Positions 40,326 to 54,106 of a stretch of DNA of 64,000 bases are shown here, piece after piece. Positions within the stretch are counted from its first letter, which is position 1. The number at the start of each line of letters is the position of its first letter. This stretch comes from Eledone cirrhosa (taxonomy: Eukaryota), in contig OZ024742.1 of the NCBI GenBank assembly GCA_964016885.1, forward strand, positions 67,890,001-67,954,000, written 5' to 3'. The notes under the pieces were generated by a model. The model was not told the DNA's origin and searched no databases. It saw nothing but the letters and a program-made list of their open reading frames with translations. The position numbers were made by a program, and so were the translations under genes.

Positions 40326-40808
40326 CGGCGTGTATATGTATGTATTTGTTAGTCAAGATTCTTGATGTGAGATCGTGTGTTGGACTTGATATTGTTATAT
40401 CTGAGGCTTGTGCGGTAAAGACCCCCTTTGGTCACGAATGACCTTGGGATTTGCACCAAGAAACTTTCCCTCTCAGGATGGTCATGTTGCCAATATAGCC
40501 AATAGAAAGACACGCACAATATAATTTTCACTTCATCTTTATTGTTCGTTATTTATTCGTTTGCCAAAGTTCTTTCACCGCATATTCTGTGACAACCCCT
40601 GTTTTGTTCCTCCTCTTTTTCCTGATCTTAAACTTCTAATTCATATTGTCATCCTTTTCCGGTGCGGTTGTCTGTCATGTTTTGTGTCTGCGCATGTATT
40701 TGGACCTGCGTCTTCCTCTGTATGAGTATGTATATATTTGTGTTTGTCATGTTTATGAGTATGTATATTATGTTTAAGTAGGTTTGTATAATTTGCTGTT
40801 CTGCTGTT

Positions 40809-40886
<78 letters not shown>

Positions 40887-40899
40887 AAGAAGAAATAAT

Positions 40900-41093
40900 T
40901 GTTTCCACTTTTAGCACAAGGCCAGCAATTACCCAGTGTATTACTGGTACTTTATGTTATTGCCCTCATAAGGATGAAAGGCAAAGTTAACCTCGGCGGG
41001 ATTTGAACTCAGAATGGCAAGGGGCGTAACTCTATGCGTCAAAGCATGACGTCCGACCCTCTACCGATACTGCCAATCCACCGCCCTTTACCG
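40900..41093 (-). mobile_element. tRNA-derived SINE with 18 bp TSD
   Basis: Full length. AAAGTAAGAAGAAATAAT at 40882-40899 and 41094-41111. Confidence 0.95.
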
Positions 41094-41507
41094 AAAGTAA
41101 GAAGAAATAATAGACACAGATATATACCTATCTTTTTTTCAATGTCCCGACTGTACAGTTTCGCTGGTCACTATGCAAATCTCTTATATCATAGAGATGT
41201 GACATTGTTGTGAGGTAAGCCACCTTTTCCAGGGACCACCTCAGGGAAAGAGCGCTAACTAGACACGTCCGTAGCATGCGAGGGAATCTAAAAAAGGCGG
41301 AGGGAGACACTATCACGTGATACACCGGTCATGAAAAGGGGCTAAATCCCTTGTAGCAGTAAATAATACCTCAGAAGGCAGAGGGGGATATCGATATGAT
41401 ACAGAGGCTATAGACGGGTGGTAAGGTTAACTGGAAATATATATAGTGTTTCCTTGAAAGCAGTCACTATACTTCCATGGTTACTCTACCGTGAGGGAGT
41501 TAGAGGC

Positions 41508-41691
41508 AATAATTGTTTCTACTTTTTGGCACAAGGCCAGCAATTACCCAGTGCATTACTGGCACTTTATTTTATCGACCCCGTAAGGATGAAAGGCAAA
41601 GTTAACCTCGGCGGGATTTGAACTCAGTATGGCATGGGCTATAACTCTATGCGTCAAAGCATGGTGTCCGACCCTCTACCGATACTGCCAA
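41508..41691 (-). mobile_element. tRNA-derived SINE
   Basis: Same family, near full length. Confidence 0.92.
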
Positions 41692-41881
41692 ATGAGAGGT
41701 ACACAGATATATGAGCATAGATACATATACATGTGTATATAAACATATATTTTGTCACAAGTATGTAAGATTGTGTGTTGTCGACCTTAACCAGTGTTAT
41801 GGAATGTAGAGTCAAGTCTAAGGTCTCGCAATCAGTTAAGCCAATCCCAAAGGCAGCTCCCTTTACCATTATTAACAGTGA

Positions 41882-41920
<39 letters not shown>

Positions 41921-41964
41921 TGAAAAAGAACAAAGGAACTATTATGACATTATAACAAGTTTAT

Positions 41965-42011
41965 TGCCGACAGCCGTTTCGTCCGACCCCATGGTGGGAC
42001 TTATCAAGGCA
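41965..42011 (-). ncRNA. Minimal type I hammerhead ribozyme (inverted copy)
   Basis: Exact reverse complement of 42918-42964. Confidence 0.85.
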
Positions 42012-42917
42012 TATAACATGTGATTGCAAGATCATGTTTACATCAACGTATCACTCAAGGCTAGCAGTTTGAAATTGTGGTATACATCAGCAACTCCGCT
42101 TGTGTAGTTGGGGTCTATATTCTAAGGGGGCTCTTTTATAATAGTTGTCGGGGTCAGGGATTGAAGTTTAAAAATTAGACAATAATATATAATTTACGCA
42201 TCAACATTAAACCAAAAGACTTGGGGTCCTGTAGAAGCACCTTAGAAAATCTCTCAATGAGTGCATAAAGCTTACAGGTTCCAATAAACCTACTAGACTA
42301 GAAGAAGATTAAGAGGCTAATAAAATAAAAAAAATAAAAAATAAAAAAAATAAAAATAAAAAAATAAAAAATAAAAAATAAAAAAATAAAAAAAAATAAA
42401 AATATAAAGTTTCCCTAAAAAATATATAAAGTTCCTATGAAATTCCTTCTAGAGAAAAAAACCTTCTTCTCCCGAGATCACGTTTCTCGGGGGAAGGTTT
42501 TTTTCTTTCGGAAAAAATTTTTTTTTTTTTTCTCTAGAAGGAATTTCATAGGAACTTTATATATTTTTCAGGGAAACTTTATATTTTTATTTTTTTTTTT
42601 TTTTTTTTTTTTTTATTATTAGCCTCTTAATCTTCTTCTAGTCTAGTAGGTTTATTGGAGCCTGTAAGCTTTATGCACTCATTGAGGGATTTTCTAAGGT
42701 GCTTCTACAGGACCCCAAGTCTTTTGGTTTAATGTTGATGCGTAAATTATATATTATTGTCTAATTTTTAAACTTCAATCCTTGACCCCGACAACTATTA
42801 TAAAAGAGCCCCCTTAGAATATAGACCCCAACTACACAAGCGGAGTTGCTGATGTATACCACAATTTCAAACTGCTAGCCTTGAGTGATACGTTAATGTA
42901 AACAATCACATGTTATA

Positions 42918-42964
42918 TGCCTTGATAAGTCCCACCATGGGGTCGGACGAAACGGCTGTCGGCA
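42918..42964 (+). ncRNA. Minimal type I hammerhead ribozyme (U3-A8 variant)
   Basis: tgcc-TTGATAA-gtcc-caccatggggtc-ggac-GAAA-cggctg-TC-ggca. Stems I and II perfect, GUC cleavage site. Confidence 0.85.
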
Positions 42965-43124
42965 ATAAACTTGTTATAATGTCATAATAGTTCCTTTGTT
43001 CTTTTTCACTAATATTTCTGCTCTGCGTATACGCATAGAGCTTAACTAGCTACCGTCACATATTTGGTAAGTCAGACGTGATCATCGCGATTCACATACG
43101 ACCTACCATATATCTTACTTATAT

Positions 43125-43238
<114 letters not shown>

Positions 43239-43324
43239 CAGAACACACTCAAACCAACCAAACAGTGAGTGTGTTCTGTTATTAATTCTGGCAATATTAC
43301 GCAAATATGACCCTCCCCAAATAT

Positions 43325-43381
<57 letters not shown>

Positions 43382-43598
43382 AAGGGTGTTTCAAAATATT
43401 TGATATCAATATGTTGTCACATTGAAATATATATTGTGAATAATGTTATTACGTGGACATGTTTTGAGGAATAAATCTTGTGTTACTCAACATGGAGCCT
43501 GCTTAGTCTCGTTGTCCTAGACGTTGTAGTTTCTGGAATATTTACATCTCAAATGATATTAAAACCTCAAATGATATTACATTTTTTTAAACACCCTG
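43382..43598. mobile_element. Tc1/mariner-type MITE in TA tract
   Basis: TIRs (a)agggtgtttcaaaa / tttttaaacaccctg with TA on both sides; 217 bp. Confidence 0.8.
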
Positions 43599-44154
43599 TA
43601 TATATATATATAATTAAAAATGACAAGGTGCTGTGTGGTTACTAAAAAAGAGTATTTAGAAATGTAAAGGAAACAGAAACATAAAACCATTCCTCTCTTC
43701 AGTTGTCTTCTGTGGGTCTCGGATCTTTCGACGCATTGAAGACAATACATCTATCCATATTGCTTCAATAACTGCAGGAATTTATTAGGGAAGGAAAAGA
43801 CAAAAAAAAAAGATGATAGCGAAAAGAAAGATATAAACAGAAGAAAAAAAACAGAAAACATACCGATAGAGAGTGGGGTACACGAATTTTAATCATTTTA
43901 GTTCCTCTTCATCTATCACATAACCAACCACATGAAGATAAATACATATATATCATCAATTTCAAAGCTTATCCAAGATATTTAGCATTTCGTTAATCTA
44001 TAGGGAAATACTTTTTATTTGGCATTTTACATGTCTATTTATGCAGATACAAATGCGTTATTTACTCTATAAGATATATATGAATATATATATTCCTCTT
44101 CTTTTTCCTGTTTCTCTTCTTATTCTTATTCTTCTTCTACAACTGCTGCTGTTT

Positions 44155-44590
44155 CTTTCTTCTTCTTCTTCTTCTTCTTCTTCTTCTTCTTCTTCTTCTT
44201 CTTCTTCTTCTTCTTCTTCTTTTTCTTTTTCATCTGCTTCACCCACTTATTCTGAGAGTATTGTGAGGACAGATTCCTCATGCACGCCTTCCTGTGGGTC
44301 CCGCCAGAACCAACGGACTCCAATTGATCTAGCTGAAACCCCGAGCGAGACCAATCGAGCGCATGTATGTTATCCCACCATTTTGTTCAGACTCTATCCG
44401 TGGGTCTCTTGGCATTTGCCTTTCCCCATAAAGACAGTCCATGGATTCCTTACTGATACATTCTAACCACAGTTCGGAGAAGTAGCGACTATGCCTGGAG
44501 CGACTCTCTGATTTGTGGGCGACACACTCTATTGAGTAACATTACACCAATTATCATTACGAGGAAGCCCATTTCGGCCAATCGCATTGG
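44155..44590 (-). mobile_element. RTE LINE 3' end with (GAA)n tail
   Basis: Reverse complement aligns with 20040-20370 (ctacttctccgaa..., cccacagg..ggcgtg). The (TCT)n at 44155-44220 is the tail. Confidence 0.8.
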
Positions 44591-44627
44591 CAGGAATACC
44601 GAATTGAAGATAGCGAGTGATTACGAA

Positions 44628-44736
44628 ATAATTGTTTCTACTTTAGGCACAAGGCCAGCAATTACCCAGTGCATTACTGGTACTTTATTTTATCGACCCC
44701 GTAAGGATGAAAGGCAAAGTCAACCTCGGTGGGATT
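44628..44736 (-). mobile_element. 5'-truncated tRNA-SINE
   Basis: Same 3' half as the 34510-34610 copy. Confidence 0.88.
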
Positions 44737-46616
44737 TAATGAAGCTGACGCATTACTGCACTAACTGCTGCAATTCTTGAACTTAATTCAGCCTCCTGTC
44801 TTTTCTACCCACTTCACTTGAACTCCACTCACATTAAGAGAGCACAGTGCAGGCTTGCTTTAAATATAAATATATATACTATCAATATATATATATTTAT
44901 ATATATATTGATAGTAATATTTATGAGAGTAAATGTTCCTCATTTACTAGATGTATTTTAGCTCTATTCTATGATAGGATCAAGAAGAGCCATTTTAAAA
45001 CGTTTAAGACATTTAATCACTGACAATTTTGTCTTCACATAGGAATATTCCACCAACAGCATGTCATTTTATTTAACAATTTGTTATTAGTTACCACAAA
45101 ATATAGGGATCATCAGAGTTTAATTAAAATCCAAAACGATTAATAAGTTACCATTATAAATCCTCTAAGAACAACAGATAACATAAATCACTGATCTAAT
45201 TAAATAGCAGGTAAACATAACAGGATGTCAAATGCATTAAAATACTTAAATGAATTGGAAGTTATACAGTTTTGTCAAATCATTCGATCGAAGTGAACAG
45301 GGTTAAAGTTGAAATAAATTTACTGCAAACTGAAATTATATGTGTGTGGGGGGAGGGGGGTAGAGTGTGTGTGTGTGAGTGTACTCTATTTGTAGGCAAC
45401 AGCTTTAGATTCCCATTTCAAATAGAATCTCATAGGTTCAGTGAAGAAGTTCCAAGAGGAGGCTACACATCATTTACATGGATTAATGAATAAGGTGTCT
45501 GATTTTAGCAGCGAGTTTTGTCTCGTTGTGGTCAAATATTTCTTAGTTGTTTCCTTTCAACATGATTCAAACTAAAGTATATTACAGATTGTGTTTTCTA
45601 AACACCGAAAGCAAAACTCTCCGTGACACAAATATTTGTATTTAAGTCATTTTCAAGGTGTCTACATTACTAATGTATTTTTTTATCACCCCAACTATCT
45701 AGGATGGCAAGCTTCGCAAGTGAAAGAAACATATTCGACGTAATATTCTAGCCATTTACAATCTCCATGTCACTTATCTTTGTAACGGAACTGGTTTAGT
45801 GAATCTAACATACATACTTTTGCAACATAGAGAATATTCCTTGAAAGAATACTGTAAACAACATAATACGGGCATTTTAATTCAAATAATACATAAAATG
45901 ATTCAGTAGCATAAAAGTAATCGCCATTGCAACACAGCTAATCTGAGATGATAACAGAAATGCACTACCATAACAACGATCTGATTGACTGCAAAAATGA
46001 GCAAGCCTTCGTCAGTAAGAAATACCAATGATCTGCTACTCATGTCACATGGACATCTTTCTTCTAACCATATACAAATAAATAGCTTCTGATAAGTCGC
46101 ATTTCTTGTACATAGTTAAGACACATTTAACGACTTAAAACATATTACAAAATACATCCATAATACATGCACACAACATCAACACCAAAGAGGAAAAACG
46201 TAATATGGATATTCTGTCCTTCATTGAAATTCAGAAATTTGAGGTAAAAAAAATTTAGTTTTTCTCAGATCTATCAAATTGTTTCTCACCTGTCTTGTGT
46301 AATTTCCATGAAACATCTTTAATCTCTGTTGAATATGTATGCGATTATAACAAAGTTTCTCTCTGTGGTGTTATCGATAATAAAAATGATATTTCTGTAA
46401 TACCTCGAGTGAAATTAAGTCACACTGATGTTAAACATATCTACTTACACTCTGTTAGAAGATGTATAAATTTTATTCCATAATGTTGAGTGTATGTAGG
46501 CAAATATTAATTTAGAGGGATATAATTATGACACCGACAAATCCTGAAATCAGAAATTAGATGTATTGAATTAAAAATGTCATTATATTCTGGATTCCAT
46601 GGCCTATACTAATAAT

Positions 46617-46790
46617 TGTTTCTACTTTAGGCACAAGGCCAACAATTACCCAGTACATTACTGGTACTTTATTTTATCGACCCCGTAAGGATGAAATGCA
46701 AACTTAACCTCGGCGGGATTTGAACTCAGACTGTAAAGGGACATAACTATGCTAGAAAACATGGCGTCCAACCCTCTACCGATACTGCCA
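46617..46790 (-). mobile_element. tRNA-derived SINE with 11 bp TSD, followed by an older SINE relic (46810-47010)
   Basis: ATACTAATAAT at 46606-46616 and 46791-46801. Confidence 0.9.
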
Positions 46791-47359
46791 ATACTAATAA
46801 TGATTTGGAACTGTTTCTAATCTAAGCGTGAGTCCAGAAATAAGAGGAGAGCAGATAGTCGATTGTATTGACCCTAATAATTGACTGGTAGTTTAAGGAT
46901 GAAAGGCAAAGTTGACATCAATGGGATCTGAATTCAGAATGCAGAGGGTTGCTATAAAAATCGAAAACGTTTGTCTAAGCCTCTACTAATTGTGCCAGTT
47001 CATTTCCTTAGCCGTTGTGAATGATATCAGATATTAGCATTGGATTTTAATATATGATTATACCACCAATTGGTCAGGAGGTAGAACATTATCAAATTGG
47101 TGACTAGCCTCATACGAACACCAAAAGTTGGACTATATTCAAATTCAAAAACAATCTCGCAACTTACTACTTCGTGTGGTGTAATAAGTGATGCGTTCGG
47201 CTTTACGCGTAGGAAATCGTTCAATGCGTATATTGCTGTCTCGATCTATTGTAAATTTGGCGATAGGCTGGTTTTGTTTACAGGTAGGCATAAGATGAGA
47301 CGCACCAAGACTGCATATTCCGAGACACCAAAGAAGTTCAAAAAAGAAGTAAACGTATA

Positions 47360-47645
47360 AAATTGGCAATTGGAACGTTACAATCCGTACCGATAATGAA
47401 CAGGAATTGGTGAGGGGAGCCAGATATTACGGGTTATATATAGGCGGTGTATCTTCAACAGAAGTCCCGTATCGTTGGTGTCGTAGATTTCACGGAGGAT
47501 GGAAACACAATTATTCAGGTGTGGTGCCAGAAATAACTACACAGTTGGGAGGGGGGATACTAACAATCCGTGGCTGTCAGAATGTGTTACGGACTGGATC
47601 TCACTGGAATGGATGATTTGCCTCTTGAAGCTTGAGCTGAAAGAA
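47360..47645 (+). mobile_element. RTE LINE APE-endonuclease N-terminal relic
   Basis: IGNWNVTIRTDNEQELVRGARYYGLYIGGVSST resembles the Expander/Rex3 pattern GTWNVTSL..KE.ELV.E...Y.LDIVG..ST. Confidence 0.7.
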
Positions 47646-47673
47646 AGGTCTCTGTGAGATGTGCAAGTTTATG

Positions 47674-47831
<158 letters not shown>

Positions 47832-48920
47832 TTGTCTGGTATCTTAGTTTATATGCTGGAACATCGTGCTGACTTATATTACCATTTTGTGTATTTGTAC
47901 CTACTAGAAAATTATTTTCCTTTTGAGTTTCGTTTGCAACGCCCCGTGATTGCACTTTGGAAATCACCCAATTTCGGAATTTTTGCAACTATACAATTTT
48001 CACATTTCTGTGAATTATTACGCTCAGAATTCTGTATTTCTTTTACTTCTCTATACTTGCATTCATTTGTCTCCGTAGCTCTGTATTTCTGTATTACTGC
48101 ATTACTGTAAACCCGGATACTTTCTCTCTACATAAACAATCACTGAAGGTTTGCTCGCTCTTTTGAACATCTCTGTTAATTCTACTCTTTATTAAGTTTC
48201 ATTGATTTACATATACTTTTATATACGTATTTCGACATACCGCTAATTGACAGCTTCCTCAAAGACAGGGCATAGAATACCTTAGTAATTGTTTCAGCTC
48301 TCTGCTCTCATTGTTCAAGTACTACCGATAAAACATTGCTCGAGGGTCATTGGGTTTGTGACATTGTTGAAGAGTAGAAGAGGCATATTTCTGATGATTG
48401 TTGTTTTCATTCTGAAATCAAATCCTGGCTTTTATCGGCGGAGAAGTGCATTAAATTTGAATTGTTGAAACAGCCGCCGTTTTACCAAAACGCTAAAAGA
48501 ATATATATGTTCAAAAGAAAAAGGCAATATATAATTAGTTCGAACTGGGTGAGACACAATTTACCACGTTGACAGCCAAAGTGACAAATATTATAATGTA
48601 TATCAATAGGTTGGTGTTCTTGCTATTAAGCCCTCCCTGGTTGACCTCCAATATTTCTGCTTGGTTTTGGTCATATCATGTGTGTAGCTGTAATCAGCAC
48701 GGTTAGCCAATTGCAGATTGGGAAGATTTTTAAACCCTAGTTGGAGATGATGGCCGTTGACGCTGAGGATGTTATTTGTGCATCTAGGGTCCCACTTTCT
48801 CTCCACATCAGACGCTGGTCTGGTGTATGGGTGAGCTAATTTAATTACCAATCACTCGATCGTGAAGCAGGTTGTACTGGGTTACATGGTACCAGCAGCT
48901 TGACCTGACCATATATATAT

Positions 48921-49011
<91 letters not shown>

Positions 49012-49014
49012 TAT

Positions 49015-49497
49015 GTCGGGTCACTCTTGAGTGTACTGGTAACATATGACCCAATACAACCTGTCGTATGGTCGGGTCGTCAGCGACTAAACCGGCAACC
49101 CCAACAAGTTTATTTGGTGAGGAGGGTGATTTTGGACACTGCAGGACAAACAAAACCTGATAAAGGGCGGAAGAACTCATAAGAGTCAACGGTCATACAA
49201 AATGTGTAAATATGTATATACACATGTACCACGCGGTTAAACCACTGGGAGTGGAGGACCCCTAGCCTTTGTCAGGGCATTCTTCTAGAAGAAGGCAACT
49301 CAGGAAACTGGGATAACTCCGATATAAAACCTGCGGCTCAGTAGTTACCGATGATGTTGATCTTCTCTTCTTTTCGGGTTATAGCTACTGTCGCTCAAAG
49401 AGTGGGATTGGCTCAGTGCACAGTATTTCCTCGCTTTAAAAAATATCTTCACGCACAGGTATTGCACGATAGAATTAATTAATAATTATTAATAATG
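49015..49497 (+). mobile_element. Non-coding RTE-derived non-autonomous element (related to 21693-22707 and 53545-53740)
   Basis: actaaaccggcaacccc...ggtgaggagggtgattttggacactgcaggac...taagagtcaa...cttctagaagaagg. The 3' part is the reverse complement of 53585-53740. Confidence 0.75.
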
Positions 49498-49519
49498 GCA
49501 TATCGTGAAATGATACTGG

Positions 49520-49597
<78 letters not shown>

Positions 49598-49603
49598 CAT
49601 ATA

Positions 49604-49674
<71 letters not shown>

Positions 49675-49681
<7 letters not shown>

Positions 49682-50463
49682 GAATATAAAATGAAAGTGC
49701 TTTTTTTTAAAAAGGAATTTATTAGGTATTGAAATATGTTTCTGTAACAGACGGAATACCTATGTATCGCTGCTTGCGTAATCATATAATGTTAGCAAGT
49801 ATTCGATAGCAAATGTATAATCAGTTGTCACTTCTTAATTCAATTCCCTAATGTATATACCAGCAGGCTACCAGCATTGTTGTTATTCAGTAGCAGTGAA
49901 AATCTCCCTCTTCCTTAATTGACACTTTATAATTAATACTACTACACCAAACGACCAGCCCTGTCCATTGTTCAATTGGTCAAGTATAGATTAAAATAGG
50001 CACTCCCAAAAATTCTTATTTAGATAAAATAAACCATATACTCATTGTATTCTCATTAGAAACCCCTTGTATACTTGTTTACCAGTAAATAGAATTGCCA
50101 TCTGTCATATACTATCCCCTCTCTTCTTCCTTTATTACAACTAATATAAATACTTCAATTTTTCTGATTTTTTTCCATTTTATCCAATATCTCTGAAGAA
50201 GTGACAACTGATTATACATGTGCTATCGAATACTTGCTAACATTATATGATTACGCAAGCAGCGATACATAGATATTCCGTCTGTTACAGAAACATATGT
50301 CAATACCTAATAAATTCCTTTTTAAAAAAAAGCACTTTCATTTTATATTCATCTTTTCTACATTTTACTCCGGATTATAATTTACACTCGTTGAGCAAAC
50401 CTACGCGTACGCTTTTCATCTCTAACGTGACGATATATTATCACTACATTATCGATAACCTGA

Positions 50464-50468
<5 letters not shown>
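49675..50468 (+). mobile_element. TA-flanked non-coding element with 162 bp inverted 5' copy and hammerhead-like core
   Basis: 49675-49836 is the reverse complement of 50196-50357. CTGAAGA(50193)...GAAA-catatg-TC(50290-50301). Confidence 0.85.
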
Positions 50469-50497
<29 letters not shown>

Positions 50498-50545
50498 TAA
50501 GGAAAAGCGAAGTAGTTTCAGATGTTCAAGTCCTTTAATAATAAT

Positions 50546-50619
50546 GCTGTGATATATATTTCAATGGCGACACTGGCCAAAATGTTCTGTGTGCGAGTGT
50601 CGTGACATCATCAGACAGC
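50546..50619 (-). ncRNA. Minimal type I hammerhead ribozyme
   Basis: Minus strand gctgt-CTGATGA-tgtca-cgacact...agtgtcg-ccatt-GAAA-tatata-TC-acagc. 5 bp stem I, 7 bp stem II helix, palindromic stem III. Confidence 0.88.
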
Positions 50620-50955
50620 TTGTTACATAATAAGGTTATGTTTAAGAGGCAATCCAAATTGAATCGACATGGGAACGGATGAAATGCGTGCTTTTTGGGT
50701 TTCTCACCCGTTCCCCTGTGAGTACCAATTCACCCCCACCGGTCTGCGCGTGCGCATGTCTGAAGGAAGTTGACCATTAGATACCGCAGATTTCAACGAA
50801 ATTCGCTTGGTCAGATCACCCTCTCAGTCACACAATGGCCCGTACCATAGTTTACTGCTAGCCATCTCGACTGTGGTAGTCAGTCGAAAGCCAGAGGGGA
50901 TGGGAGAGTGTTAGTTTTTACAGGTCATAATACTGTTGGTAGGGTACCCTTGAGA

Positions 50956-53475
50956 CTGTGATAGGAAAACTCCAAGATAAGAAAACACCAGGAAGAGACA
51001 GGATTGTCGGCTACTGGTACAAAAAACTGATATTCTATCAGAGGTATCTTACTGACCTCTACCAACAAGTTCTTAAGGGAGATACACTTATACCAGAATG
51101 GTTGACATTAGCACAAACATTACTGGTCCCCAAGAACAAAGACAGACACGTGGCAAAAAACTACCGACCATTGCATGCCAGAACCTGATGTATAAGATGT
51201 ATATAGCCTGTCTGAACCTATTCCTCCAAGATCACTGTGTAAATAATAACATCATCACAGATAAACAAGCAACTGGAAAGAAAGGGGTTTGGGGATGTTC
51301 TGAACAACTCCTAATCAACAAAACTGCGACGTCGGAGGTGCGACAACTTAAGAGGAATATGACTACAGTCTGGCTGGACTACAGGAAAGCTTTCGATTCT
51401 CTTCTCCACTCTTGGATAATAGAGGCCCTCCAACTTCCTAAGGTCCCAGACATTAATGTCAGAGCCATAGAGAGGCTGTCTTCTTCTTGGGCTACTATCC
51501 TAAGGTTAAAGACAGAGAGGGAGGACTATTTTCACTGATAAAATAAAATATTGCAGGGGTATATTTCAGTGGGACAGACTCTCTGTGATATTTTTCATCT
51601 TGTCATTAAATCCCTTGCCTTTTCTGCTCAAGAAATGTGAGGGATACCTCATTGGCTCACAAGAGGACAGAAATACGGACCTAACCCATAATTTCTTTGT
51701 GGACGACTGAAACTCTATGCCAAGAACATAGATGGGATGAAGAAAAATCTTGACCTGGTTACAACGTTCTCAAATGATATAGGAATGGGGTTTGGCCAAG
51801 ATAAATGCTCATACATGCCTGTAAAGCGGGGAAAACCAACAGCCTAATCTAGCAACATTGTCATCAATGGCCTAACTGTTTCACTAATATCTGATGAGGA
51901 CTGCTACAGATACTTGGGGATAGATGAGAACATATCCTATAATGGTATTTGTAATAAGGAACGCGCAACTAGGGAATACTACACCCGATTAAGAAAAATC
52001 TGGTCATCGGAACTCTCTGCGCAAAACAAAACAGTGGCTCACAATGTGTTTGCTGTGCCTGTCCTAACACCAACGTTTGGAATACTCAATTGGACGACAG
52101 ACGAAAACCGAGCAGTTGATGTTGGAACTCGGAAAATACTGAACAACACCGGTGACATAGACCGCCTTTACTTGAAACGTAAGCAGGGATGCAGAGGCCT
52201 AATATCAGTCCAGACAACATTTGAATGTCGCATCATATCTCTCCGACAACATCTACGAACCTCGATGCGTAGGAGCCCGTTTCTCGAGCAAGTCTATCTG
52301 CATGAAACAGATAAGATCATGAGAGTTGGGAAGGAACTCCTTGAGAGATATTCCCTGTGTGATAATCAAAAACTCATACCCAGGGATGTCGCTCAGCAGT
52401 ATCGCAGTGAATCCTTGGATGAAAAGCTGCATGCCTATCAGCAAAAGATCATGCATGGATATGTTGCCAGGAAGCTCCAGAGTGAGAGTAATATAGATAA
52501 GGAAAGTAGTCTAACTTGGACCAACAACCGCTATATTGGCTCCCACTTTGAAGGATACGCTTTGCAATCCAGGAATAGGAGATTAGCACGAAATACCTGA
52601 TTTCTAAAAGAGATAGCGATGCAGGCAAAACACCTAAATTTGATAACAAGTGCAGACTCTGCGGAACTAACATCGATGATATCACCCATGTCATCAGCAG
52701 CTGTCCAAAGATGTCATCGCGGTACTATCTACCTATGAGGCATGGTGTAGTGGCCAAAACACTGTACAATGCAGTTCGTAAAAAAGATAGCCCCGATAAT
52801 AAACACATTAAAAGCTACAACAATGTGGAAGACATCCATGTACATAATATGAAAGAGTACTGGTGGAATCTTCCATTAAAAACCCCAATAAAATGCAGGC
52901 ATAACAGACCAGCTATTATGATATGGGACAGGGAGAAGAAAACATGCACAGTAGTGGAAATTAGCTGTCCAGCAGATGCCAATATAATATCAAAGATTAG
53001 TTAAAAGGAGAATATTTATGCAGAACTGATGAGAAATCTGCAGATACTCAACCCTGATTACACCTTCAGATTTATGCCTGTGATTATTGGGGCACTGGGA
53101 TATGTTAGTAACTGCCTCAATACAAATCTTGAGAAGCTAGGCTTCACAGGAACAGAAATAACACAACTAGTTAGGAAATTACAAGTACAATCCATTAATG
53201 GAAGAGTAAAAGTATGTAAAACATTCCAAAAATTGTGCATCTAATAACTGCATATACACATGTACAGATACAAAGCATATACACATGCACACATACAACT
53301 CAAAACATACACATACACACATACAATAACCTCTATATCTACACATGCATGCATACATACATATCTACCTAGTTGATGTTGTGTAAATTCCAATGAGAGA
53401 GTCTTGTGTCTATGTTAGAAACCAACTCTCTCTCTCTATTGATAAAACTTTGTGAAATTATAAAACCAGAAGAAC
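50956..53475 (+). mobile_element. 5'-truncated R4/Dong-type non-LTR retrotransposon
   Basis: RT, CCHC and REL domains followed by a 3' UTR ending gaagaa(CATA)n. Confidence 0.93.
50958..53244 (+). pseudogene. R4-clade RT + CCHC + restriction-like endonuclease, with several frameshifts and stops
   Basis: NYRP(IAC)..MYK, WLDYRKAFDS, GIFQWD.LS, FFVDD*KLYA, FGQDKC, YRYLGIDE, RLYLKRKQG.RGL, CRLCGTNIDDITHVISSCP, RPAIMIWDREKK..VEISCP. Confidence 0.93.
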
Positions 53476-53544
53476 ATACATACATACATACATACATACA
53501 TACATACATACATACATACATACATACATACATACATACATACA

Positions 53545-54106
53545 TGATCGCTGCCCCCTCGTTATCGAGTATGGCCATTGCACCATATTATTAATAATAA
53601 TTAATTAATTCTATCTTGCAATGCCTGTGCGTGAAGGTATTTTTTAAAGTGACTAAAGAGTGTGCACTGAGCCAATCCCACTCTCTGAGCGACAGTAGCT
53701 AAAACCCGAAAAGAAGAAAATATCAATATCATCGGTAACTACATACATACATACATACATACATACATACATACATACATACATACATACATACATACAT
53801 GGTGGCTGCCAACTCATTTTCGAGTACGGCCACTACTTTATATCCATGTAGGAGAACCCCTACCGATGCGCTGAACGAGTGTGACTTTTTACTCCAGCCA
53901 GCGACATGAAAACTCTGTTACAAACACTACACCTGTGACAATTATTAACACATAGTGCTGGGCCCATGGTACCATGTGACGACATGTGCAGAGAGATCTC
54001 CAGATATAAAGCAATGCCTGTGCCGTGAAGCTTTTATAGTGAGCAAAGGCACTGCACAAAGCCACTCCCACTCTCTTAACCAAGATGATATTTACCAAAA
54101 AGAAGA
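53545..54106 (-). mobile_element. Two 5'-truncated non-autonomous (TATG)n-tailed elements inserted in the LINE's (CATA)n tract
   Basis: 53545-53740 and 53800-54106. The latter is nearly identical to 21693-22000. (CATA)n at 53476-53544, 53741-53800 and 54107-54175. Confidence 0.8.

Larger units (their letters stand above)
41914..43015. mobile_element. ~0.5 kb-arm fold-back element with hammerheads in both arms, between (TA)n arrays
   Basis: 41914-42461 is the reverse complement of ~42525-43015 (one ~10 bp indel, variable A/T tract). Central hairpin at 42455-42504. Confidence 0.93.

Noticed and set aside
43640-43750. Minus-strand CTGAAGA after a gtcttc/gaagac hairpin
   Set aside because: No GAAA or cleavage triplet in register.
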